From Oopsacas minuta (taxonomy: Eukaryota > Animalia > Porifera), in NCBI GenBank assembly GCA_024704765.1, contig JAKMXF010000022.1, forward strand, positions 124,001 through 188,000: 64,000 nt of DNA. Reading direction: 5' to 3'. The notes under the pieces were generated by a model. The model worked only from the letters and a program-made list of their open reading frames with translations, had not been told where the DNA came from and ran no database searches. A program made the position numbers and the translations under genes. This document shows positions 32,699 through 42,700 of the stretch, piece by piece; positions within the stretch are counted from its first letter, which is position 1, and each line of letters starts with the position of its first letter.

Positions 32699-33883
32699 AT
32701 GGCATCAAACAATCTCGAAGAATTGGATTTAATTCTCAAGAAATTCAAAGAGCTTCATGCTTCCCTCCAACAAGCTGAAGAACAAGTTCTACGAACTTTT
32801 ACAGATATTTCTGCTGAGAATGAACGTTTGGTATTCAAAACTATAACTAGCATCAAGGAATTGGAAAATACAAAAACTTATGCTGAGAACAATATTGGGG
32901 ACAACGAATTAAAAAGTGGTATCCTACGAGATTGTGATAAGAAATTAACAAAACTGAACAAGGAAATATCAGAAATCGCCTCGTCACATTCAAGTGTAGT
33001 TTGGTCAGAGCTAGGCTATGAAAGATTGCAATATCAACTGGAGTCTATTAGGGCAATTTGTAATTCTAATATGAAACTCCCAGAAATAACTAACCCCTCG
33101 TATTCAGGGGGTATACCGGGAACTCATTTGGTATGGCCGAACCACATTGCTATTGAGGAACAAACTGGTAATATATACGTGTGTGATATTCAATATTGCA
33201 AGATTCAAATTTTTGATAAAAAGGCCAAATATTTGAGACATTTTGAACATATTTTTCATAAACCTCGTGCTATTCTGATAAAAAATTCTAAACTATATGT
33301 AATTGAGAATCTTTCAAACCATATTAAATTCCTTGTGTTTAGTATTGAGAACGATCAAGAATTGTTTGTTTCTAAAGGAGTTCCTGGAGTTAATAAGGGA
33401 GAGTTTGGCATTACGTCCTCATTCGACATTGATTCTAATGACAGGTGGTATATAACTGAATCAGATCATTGTCGTATTCAAATATTGAATCCTAATTTTG
33501 AACATTACAGGTTTTTTTCTGCTTCAACTACATTTTCTAATCCAATCCAGATACGTATTAGAGACAATAATGTATATGTATTAGATGTTCCTAAGGCAGA
33601 GATTGATCCTCATTATGTCAAAGTTTGTATACTTAAGATAGATGGGACTTACCTCAAAACTGTTGTATTATCGGGTGTGTATTTTTCCATGTATTTTTCC
33701 ATCACGGACTCTAATTACTATATTGTTAGCGATATCAGGGATGAATGTCTGAAAATTTTTGACTTTGAAGGTAACTTGTTGCGTATTGGTATGAAGCTAA
33801 CTCGGCCGAAAGGAATTCAGGTACTCAAAGATGGAACCGTCGTTTCTGTATCTTTATCAACTCCTTGTATCAATATTTTTTGA
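32699..33883 (+). CDS. Coiled-coil + NHL-repeat beta-propeller protein (TRIM-NHL-like, no RING or B-box)
   Basis: N-terminal coiled coil, then NHL repeats (WPNHIAIEEQTGNIYVCDIQYCKIQIFD; SSFDIDSNDRWYITESDHCRIQILN; LTRPKGIQV). Confidence 0.8.
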   Translation: MASNNLEELDLILKKFKELHASLQQAEEQVLRTFTDISAENERLVFKTITSIKELENTKTYAENNIGDNELKSGILRDCDKKLTKLNKEISEIASSHSSVVWSELGYERLQYQLESIRAICNSNMKLPEITNPSYSGGIPGTHLVWPNHIAIEEQTGNIYVCDIQYCKIQIFDKKAKYLRHFEHIFHKPRAILIKNSKLYVIENLSNHIKFLVFSIENDQELFVSKGVPGVNKGEFGITSSFDIDSNDRWYITESDHCRIQILNPNFEHYRFFSASTTFSNPIQIRIRDNNVYVLDVPKAEIDPHYVKVCILKIDGTYLKTVVLSGVYFSMYFSITDSNYYIVSDIRDECLKIFDFEGNLLRIGMKLTRPKGIQVLKDGTVVSVSLSTPCINIF

Positions 33884-34222
33884 TGATATTTATTTAACGC
33901 TTTTACGAGTTATAAACTTTCTAAAATATAAAATGACGTATTTATATAAAAATTGTTTATTTGTTATTCATAAATATATTACATATTACATATTTCATAT
34001 TTCATTTTAGTAATATCATCCAAATATCTTACCATAAGAATACATTAGTAGATAATGATAATGATTACATTGGTAATCACTACCTTTCTAAACTGTTTTT
34101 CCACTGAATCATTGAAATCATTTTCAAGATATTTCAAATGGTATATATATATCAATTATAATTAGGGAATATCTTAATTAGGTAAATTATTCAAATAAGA
34201 TAACTAAACAATTTGTTGTGGA

Positions 34223-36562
34223 ATGTTTGGGTTGTTGTATCAAAGTCTGGAGAGGATGCTGATCCGTAGATTCGGACAAGAAACATGGGAAGAGATAAAA
34301 GAAATGATAAATTTGAACGAAAAAGACATAACAACAGAATACACATTTGGAATTCACACAATGTATGATGATAAGTACGCGTTGGATCTGGTAAATGCTG
34401 CTAGTGAAGTATTGGGTATAAAGAAAGATGTCATCCTAGAATTGTTTGGTGAACAGTTCATTCAGTTCTGTCATGAAGCAGGTTACGGAAAGATTCTTAC
34501 ATGTCTCGCCCCCAATCTCAAAGATTTCCTCGCTACTCTAGATACCCTACACGAGCATCTTACAGATACCTACCCTGGTATGAAACCTCCTAGCTTTACC
34601 TGCTCTGAGAACGAATCTGGTCTAATCGTGACGTATGATTCAGCTAGAATGGGACTAGAGAGTGTTGTTGTTGGGATTATAAAGTCTATAGCACGCGGCA
34701 TATTCCAGCAAGAAGTTGTTTTAGAGGTTCATCAAAAACTAAAACCTAATGATCCCGCACGTTTCATTGTTAAAGAAGTTTCGAGAAAACCAGTACCGAA
34801 GCAAAAAACCATATTATATCCTCCTATGCTCATTGATCGTACAGAAAATCTCGTACCTCCGTCAATATTCGCGGCTATCTTCCCTTTTCATTTCGTATTC
34901 ACATCCGATTTGTCAATCAAACAAACTGGACAGGCATTAACTCGTATATTCAGCCAGGTACTGCAGCAAGATATCTCTGATTATAAAGCTAACCAACTGT
35001 TCTCCATTATAAAGCCTAATGTGGCATTTAGTTTCCAGGAGATTTGTCTCCATACGCACACTGTATTCGTACTAGAAGTACAGACAGCAATCAAGATGCG
35101 TGACTTCCATCATACCAGCAACAAATTCTCGTTCCGTCTCAAAGGTCAGATGATTGTACTACCCAAAACCATGAGTCTTCTATTCCTTGGATCTCCTCGT
35201 GTAACCTCTCTTGAGGAGATACAAGCTAGAGGTCTATATCTGTCAGACTTCCCGATACATGATGCAACACGAGACCTGCTCATGATGATGGAGTGCTGTA
35301 GAGCTGAAATGGCCATGGCTATTAAGATGGAGCTGCTAACAGAGAACTTGAAAGAAACAAAGAAGAAACTGGAAGAGGAGAAAATGCGCTCAGAAAGTCT
35401 GCTTAACCAAATGTTACCCATACAAGTAGCTAATCAGCTGAAAGAAGGAAAGTCCGTAACAGCTGAGAGGTTTGCTAAAGTCACAATTCTATTCTCTGAC
35501 ATAAAAAACTTCGTTAAAATGGTTGGTAACGCTGAACCTATGCAAGTTGTAAAAATGTTGAATGAACTTTATGTTAAGTTCGATCAAGCCAGTGCTTGCC
35601 ACAAAGTATATAAAGTTGAAACTATTGGCGATGCTTATATGGTGGTAGGAGGTCTACCTAAACCTATAAAGAATCACGCTGAAGAGGTTGCTAAGTTAGC
35701 AATAGACATGATGCGATCATCTGATACAGTCAAAGCCATCATGTCAGAATCTGAAGTTAAAGATAAGATGGACAAGGCAGTTGAAATTAGGATAGGTATG
35801 CATACTGGTCCTGTTGTAGCTGGTGTAGTTGGAAAGAAGATGCCTAGATATTGTCTATTCGGCCAAACAGTAAATATTGCAAGTCGTTGTGAGAGCAATG
35901 GGCTGGCAACACGAATTCATATTACAGAAGAAGTATACAACGAACTAGAATCAAACAGTTTATTTGTTATGGAGAAGAGAGGACCTGTAGAGTTCAAAGG
36001 TCTTGATTACAATAAAACTTGTTACTGGTTAGAGCAAGGTACTTATCAACCATTTGTATACGAAACTTCTGCAACCACTACTATTGATATGAAAGATGAT
36101 GACAATCCTTTCCCCAAAAGTTCTATCGACAATTCTTTTATTTCACTTGAGCCTCCACTTCCCAAACCTGGGCCTAACTTAACTATTCCATCTCTTGTGT
36201 TAGATAATCTATCTATCCCTTTGAGTCCTTCTTCACAGAGCAACACACAATCTTACAGAAGTAAAGAATCGGGAGATTCTTCCATCATCCCACCATTCTC
36301 GCCTGTCCACTCATCAAACTCTCTTCTAGACCTATCTGACAACCGTTCAAATTCTCCTCTCTACCCCCCCAATCATAGGCGTAGAAATACAGTAGTATAC
36401 AGTAGGTCTACTTCAGATCTTCGGAGAGTTAATGCCCAAATGTCAATGTATGAACCCAAGAGGAGCTATCGTCCTGTACACGTAGAAAACGGTTACATTA
36501 ATCGCGGGTCAGGAATATTTCAACCTATATTAATACGTGATTCTCACGCATCGCAACTCTAA
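34223..36562 (+). CDS. Soluble guanylate cyclase, beta-type (H-NOX, PAS/HNOBA, coiled coil, cyclase), single exon
   Basis: MFGLLYQSL start, LDTLHEHL (haem His), YDSAR (YxSxR), FPFHFVF, DFPIHDATRD, TILFSDI, YKVETIGDAYM, MPRYCLFGQTVNIASRCES. Confidence 0.93.
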   Translation: MFGLLYQSLERMLIRRFGQETWEEIKEMINLNEKDITTEYTFGIHTMYDDKYALDLVNAASEVLGIKKDVILELFGEQFIQFCHEAGYGKILTCLAPNLKDFLATLDTLHEHLTDTYPGMKPPSFTCSENESGLIVTYDSARMGLESVVVGIIKSIARGIFQQEVVLEVHQKLKPNDPARFIVKEVSRKPVPKQKTILYPPMLIDRTENLVPPSIFAAIFPFHFVFTSDLSIKQTGQALTRIFSQVLQQDISDYKANQLFSIIKPNVAFSFQEICLHTHTVFVLEVQTAIKMRDFHHTSNKFSFRLKGQMIVLPKTMSLLFLGSPRVTSLEEIQARGLYLSDFPIHDATRDLLMMMECCRAEMAMAIKMELLTENLKETKKKLEEEKMRSESLLNQMLPIQVANQLKEGKSVTAERFAKVTILFSDIKNFVKMVGNAEPMQVVKMLNELYVKFDQASACHKVYKVETIGDAYMVVGGLPKPIKNHAEEVAKLAIDMMRSSDTVKAIMSESEVKDKMDKAVEIRIGMHTGPVVAGVVGKKMPRYCLFGQTVNIASRCESNGLATRIHITEEVYNELESNSLFVMEKRGPVEFKGLDYNKTCYWLEQGTYQPFVYETSATTTIDMKDDDNPFPKSSIDNSFISLEPPLPKPGPNLTIPSLVLDNLSIPLSPSSQSNTQSYRSKESGDSSIIPPFSPVHSSNSLLDLSDNRSNSPLYPPNHRRRNTVVYSRSTSDLRRVNAQMSMYEPKRSYRPVHVENGYINRGSGIFQPILIRDSHASQL

Positions 36563-36758
36563 GAAATGTAAATTTTATTTCGTGAATAGATATTATTGTT
36601 AATTTATGTATAAATTATTGCTTGCTTTTACTGTAAATTTTCTTTTGACATTTAAATTGCAAATATTGTTAGATTCTTTCTTAGAATTGATTGCATGCAT
36701 TTAATTCGTCAAAAAATGCACTTTTGTGAAGATAATTAGTTATAAATATAGATTCAGG

Positions 36759-37913
36759 ATGGAAGAAGATGAGGTTTGTTATAATTCTGCAGTAACTTCA
36801 GAACCTAAAGATTCAAATTCTAATCCATCAAACTCAGAAGATAAAGAGACAGATATTATTTTAGATGAACCTTCAAAATCACATGCACTTGAAATTGAGC
36901 TCTCCTCCCTATCAGAATCAGCTGTTGTTGAAAAGATTGTAATTGGCATGACTCCTGACAAAGATCATGCAAGAGTGTCGTCAGGAGATGACGAGTTTAT
37001 TTCTATTTTAGATTCAGAATCGAATTCAGATTCAAATTTGAATGAGATAGAACTTGAACAACAACTTGAGCAAGCAAGCAACCCACAAGAAGAAGTAATA
37101 AACTTAAATTACCGATTAGATTCTCCAATTCCTAAACCAGATATCTCCCTTGAAGATTCTAACTCTAATTATTCTCCACCCATGGCCTCCTCCTCTTCAT
37201 CTTCAAACGATGCATTATACCCCATAGCAACACCTCCTCTCGCCAGGTCTAGCAGAAATACTTATGTAGATTCGACAGATTTGTCACGCGGACAACTCGT
37301 GTGGGCTAAAGTTAGCGGATTTAGATTCTGGCCTGGACTCTTGGTAGATGTTAGCTCTGCCACGAATTTGCCTTCAAAGCTTAGGACTCCATATCGGGAG
37401 GGTTGGCTCTTGGTCCATTTCTTTGGGACATATGACTATGCTTGGGTTCCTCCTAAGTCTTGCATTGTAAGTTGGTATCTGGGAAATAAAAAGGGATACA
37501 TGAGTAAATGTAGAAGTAAATTCTTTCAGTTAGGTCTGAGCGAAGCTAAGCGTTACGAAAATGAGGGAACTACACCAGCAGGATTCTCTGTTGTTCCACA
37601 AGTATTAGAATCTGGTTCTGATACAGATTCCATTATTTCTGTTGGAAGTTCTGAAGACAAGCCGAAAACCGGTAAACGGAAATATAGTAGCAAAGACATA
37701 GCAGTAGTTAGCATTAAGAAAATGAAACTATCAGATTACCAAATGTCCAGCTCTTCTCAGGGGAGCACCTCGACTGAGATTAACAAATTAAAAATGGAGA
37801 GAAAGAAACGATGTGAACTTGTCATGAAGAGATTGGGACTAGCTCCTCCAGACAAGTATCTTGGCAGAAAATTACCCGAAAAGATTAATACAGAAATTGA
37901 TTACGAGCAGTAA
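36759..37913 (+). CDS. Stand-alone PWWP-domain protein
   Basis: GQLVWAKVSGFRFWPGLL..LVHFFGTYDYAWV. Acidic/Ser-rich N-terminus and basic NLS-like C-terminus. ATG at 36759. Confidence 0.8.
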   Translation: MEEDEVCYNSAVTSEPKDSNSNPSNSEDKETDIILDEPSKSHALEIELSSLSESAVVEKIVIGMTPDKDHARVSSGDDEFISILDSESNSDSNLNEIELEQQLEQASNPQEEVINLNYRLDSPIPKPDISLEDSNSNYSPPMASSSSSSNDALYPIATPPLARSSRNTYVDSTDLSRGQLVWAKVSGFRFWPGLLVDVSSATNLPSKLRTPYREGWLLVHFFGTYDYAWVPPKSCIVSWYLGNKKGYMSKCRSKFFQLGLSEAKRYENEGTTPAGFSVVPQVLESGSDTDSIISVGSSEDKPKTGKRKYSSKDIAVVSIKKMKLSDYQMSSSSQGSTSTEINKLKMERKKRCELVMKRLGLAPPDKYLGRKLPEKINTEIDYEQ

Positions 37914-38059
37914 CATATCCAATCTGAGCTAATAATACATAATTACTATAAGTACTTGCGTAATTCCCCGTACAGGTTTTGAGTATAATGATATTCTTTT
38001 GATTTGGGATACTAAGGGATTGGTATATCAATTGTAATGAATTCTCAGTATCTCTCTAG

Positions 38060-38695
38060 ATGGCTAACGAGTCACCAAAGTCTACAAAGTTGAAAGGAAT
38101 ATTCCAAGAAACTGAGATTCTCATGTCAGCTGTTTCTACCTTCAACAAGGTAGATCCTAGCAAGTTCCCTCTCCTATTGTCTCGTGTTCTACAGAGGTAT
38201 CACGTTGATGAATACAAAAATATATTCAGCACGGAAGAAATGGTGAAGCTAGAAGCATCACTGAGTCTGGAAAAGATGGAGTTAGAGCTCCTACTAGATG
38301 GGATTAAGTTTGTAGTTGATAAAGCAGCTTATTTCGTGTTAAAACCAGCTTCATTGTCTAAAGAGTTAATGGATATAGGATTAGAGGAGGAGAGAGCTAC
38401 TGCATTCTCTCAGGGATGGGGAAACCTCGGGAAGGCTCTAATTGAACGACTCAAAAAGAGAGCATTTTTTCCAATTCAGTTAGAAGATATCAACTGGCGC
38501 TTAAACTTACAATTAGGACAATCATTCCAATCCAGACAGAAGATCCCTAAAGCTATATTCCAGCTGGAATTATCAGATGAGTCTAAGCCTGTAGAAGAGA
38601 GAGAGCAAGTTACTGTTGAGTTCAGTCGTGAAGAGCTTTATAGACTTTATGATGAGCTGGAGAAGATACAAGACCAGTTAGATTCTCTCACTTAA
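38060..38695 (+). CDS. COMMD10: COMM domain-containing protein 10
   Basis: KFPLLLSRVLQ..EEMVKLEASLSL, COMM domain LEDINWRLNLQL..VEFSREELYRLYDELEKIQDQLDSLT. Confidence 0.9.
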   Translation: MANESPKSTKLKGIFQETEILMSAVSTFNKVDPSKFPLLLSRVLQRYHVDEYKNIFSTEEMVKLEASLSLEKMELELLLDGIKFVVDKAAYFVLKPASLSKELMDIGLEEERATAFSQGWGNLGKALIERLKKRAFFPIQLEDINWRLNLQLGQSFQSRQKIPKAIFQLELSDESKPVEEREQVTVEFSREELYRLYDELEKIQDQLDSLT

Positions 38696-39723
38696 GCTGT
38701 GTTATGCTAAATATATTTATAGTATAATTATTTGTGAATATATTTGTATTGTGATTGATATGTCTATGTAGATTAAAGAAGTCTATCGTGATTTACTCAA
38801 GTTTAGGAGGGAATACAAATGGTGAGCAGGTTGTAAACAAGAACACTTTATATCATATCTTCAAATATACATAATATGCTCAAGGAGACGATGATTATAT
38901 TATTAGATAAAATAACACCGAATAGTCAGTATCTCCATAAAAGTAATTATTGCTACCTTGTTGCATTGTAATATAGTTGATAGTTGTAATATAGGTATCC
39001 ACAACAACATCTGTAACACCCTTGTAGGCGTGAAACAGGTTATTCTATTTTACGATTTACGATTGACCGATGTTCCCAGTTGAGGCATTTGCTGATACAC
39101 ATACAATTAAATTACTTATTCAAAAGGAAAGTCTGGCTAATGACCTTACAAAGAACCATAGGAAATGAACGAACTAAGACATATGACGAGCGGAATCCCA
39201 TGATGAATACCCTATTATACAACAATGTTTGAATCTTTTTACACATCTGTTATGATATTGATCCTAGTTGAACCTAATCAGAGGACCTTAATAGGAGTTA
39301 TAATGAAGCTAGTTCGGGATAATTCTAGAAACCCTATCTCCTCTAATTAAGTAAGAAGACAATACATAAATACAATTATTTGTAAATCCTTTGTTCCGAA
39401 ATTTAACACGAAGCATCCAGCAATTCGGTACTTGAGTCCTCAGGTAATCTCCAATAAATATATATGTATATACACTTGTTAAGATTCTGTAGCATTCAGA
39501 CACGTCTTTCTATCTTTTCAGATCTTATGTGGTAAGTTTCAAATAGATTAAAACTCAAATCTGCAACTGTATAGTTGCAAGGCTTTAGTGCACATACATT
39601 GTCCAGTACCTGTTTGCTGTTAGTAGCAATAATTATATAATCATCTCATATTTCATTATGCCAATATAATTATCCTTTGAGAATATCTTATATAATTGCT
39701 TTGAGATACAATCTGTGTCTTAA

Positions 39724-42700
39724 ATGGCTGAGATTGATTTTATAAATGAGGTCTATGAAGATTTGCCTCCTCCAGATGCACAATATCTTTCTGTTGCTCC
39801 CACTTACCAGCAAGATGGGCTCACAAATGGTATTCAGTATCCATCACTAACAAGCACTTCATCTTCTTTCGACTCTCCCACGCTTCCTAAAGATGATAAA
39901 CAAACCAAACTAGTTAATAATAATAATAATAGCTCTAGCTTCACTTCTTACCAGCAAGAACAGAAACAGGTTTGAAACTATTAGTTTACGGAATTAATCG
40001 ATATGTTATATGATAATATAATCCTGACAGATTGATTCTACTGATGATGATAATGTATCACAGGAAATAGACTCAGACTTGTGTATCTCGTCTGGAGACC
40101 ATTCATATATGAAGGTTAATGATGTTGTTGAGAATGAAATCTCTGATTTGCTCGGTTCCCTCAAACTCAGAGATAAAAGTGGATCTTCCGGTGGAGGAAA
40201 GAGAGATTTACATCTCAGACACTCATTCCATGCCCCACCCACTCACAATGAAATCAGGGAACAAGCAATGGTAAGTTTATAAATTGATATTAGAAGAACA
40301 CACTATTCTATGAACTCTATTCGAATACTCAAACTAATCTTTCAGTTGTCTCTATAAACTATTCTCATAGCATTTGTATTGAATTAAGTTCGCCTAATCT
40401 CGTAGTCTCTTCACTATGAAGAAGATTTTCGGTTAACTATAAGCGACCCTCTCTGTATCTTAAAATGGTTTACATATATCTAATTGCAGTTACACATACA
40501 GTTTGCTGATATTTTGCTTTGTATAGCCTGTAAACACAATCTGGTATTGCGTAAACGTATTAGATCAACCTGCAGTTCTCTTTAATAATACTGCATTCAT
40601 CCTGTTGTATATTACTGTACACGGCAAAAGTAAGTAGTATTCTGTAAATCAATTAATATTATGTATTATCCATTCTTATTCACATTTTAATGAGACATAA
40701 ATAAAATTCATATAACACATATGATATATTCTCGCAAAATTGCAGAATATCAACATTTATGATATTACTTAGCTTTAGTAATATTCAGATATCATACAAC
40801 TTGCATAATAGTTACCTTTAAGAATTAGCTGTCCTTCATCGATTACTAAATTTTATTAAAATACTTTTGAAGTGTGTGAGGTCTTAGCTCATTCGCACAA
40901 TCAGCATTTGATCTATGTTTGCCAGTATAATAGAATAATCCTATTTTAACCTTTCTACAAGATCACATGTGTCCTCATTGTGCGTTATGTCACTGTAGAC
41001 TCTATGTCATGCGTATACCACCATTCCATGCTTATTCAAAATATGTACACGTTATGGTGCATAGTGCATTCAATTGAAAAGAAATATTATGGGAGGAAAG
41101 CTTTCAAATTCAATTCGTAGCTTCTTCGAGCAAATTATCTGATTTCTTCCGAAGCTTTTAATTCTTAGTTATTAGAATAGAAAATTATAGATATTCACCA
41201 ACAGCAAAAAGCATAGAATCTCAAATATTTAGGCAAGGATTGAATTAACGTCGTGTAGCTAATCACAAGCCAAATTTGCTATATATTGTTACTACAAAGA
41301 TTATGAAATCTTATGAATAACGTATACAGCTATAACAGCTGCGATTGATAAGCTTAAAAATTAATTAAAGAAGCAATAATTTAGTTGAAAATACTGTCAT
41401 TAGCTAAAATCAAATTTAATCACTGTTGAATGGATAATTTATTGAATTGTTAGAATTCTAAATTATATTCGTTCAAAAATGGCCTTCGGGATTAGATTCA
41501 GACTTTAAGTACAATTGGACGTTTACAATGCGAGTATTGAAGTAGTTGAATGGAGAGATAGTATAATAATCTTTGGTTTATTAAACAACGCAGACAAATA
41601 ATCTGTATAATAGTTAGAGATGATTATAAATGATAATTGCAGTTTCTAATGATGTACTGAATAAACTCAAATCAAATTATGCGAATAGCTTTACTAATCC
41701 ATAATTTATCGCTCCATCCTAGAATTTCCTCTTTGATTAGTAATGTTTCCCTACTTATCTATACATAGCATTGATCCATAGTTTAAGATTTCTCATTGTT
41801 TAAAAAATTGATCTATTTGTGGGGGAATGTTGTGAACCTAGAGAATAGAGAACCATCGGTTATACAATGAATCGCTTCAATTCATGCGTAGATTTACCTT
41901 TTTTTGGGTATACCTACATTTGGATGGGTCTGAGGTAATCAATACGATGCTCTCATAATTTTAGGAGTGAGATGAACATAACGAAGGATTGATTGATATA
42001 TTTGCTGAATTTATGATCTGCACCCCACATAATGGCCATCACCCTAGTTTAAAAGGATCTATGATCCTTTGATAAATCAAATGTTTTGAGAATAATTAAT
42101 TTTGTTGCAAATCAATATATAATTATATCCTCATTAGCCTTGCCTTTGTTCATGATTTACCCGCTACATTTTGAATTCTCACTCCTAAGCTTTAGCTAAC
42201 GAGCTTACCTTATAGAATTTAATCTATAATTCAACTATTCCCTAAGGGATAAATACAAATGAGTATACGGACAAGACAAATGGCTAAATATATAATATTT
42301 ATATTTAGCACGAACATAAGGTGGAACATTTGTGCTTGATGTCACAAATTTGTTTTACTATCATATCTCTACGAATAAAACCTTATTATAGCTCTGTATG
42401 AATCTTATATATTCGTTATTTGGCTTATTGTTTAGTTGATTCAATCTAGTATAAATCACTGTTTAGGATGTATAGACTTACAATGTAATTATTCTTATTA
42501 TTATTCCTTGTTTATTGCAATTATTTTTATCTCAGTCACGTCGCCGTACAGTCTCCACTTCAACCGCCTCTGATACCGGTAACCCATTCCTTCTAAGCAG
42601 CTCTCTGACCTCTTCAGCCAGACCGAGTAATAGCCTAGACTCTTCCCTTCTCATTGGTTCTACTAACCAACTATTCAAAGGACTGGCTGTCTCTCCAATT

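Noticed and set aside
38760-39520. Coding-like patches between COMMD10 and supervillin (possible decayed gene or transposase)
   Set aside because: Stops occur in all frames and I could not recognise any family motif.
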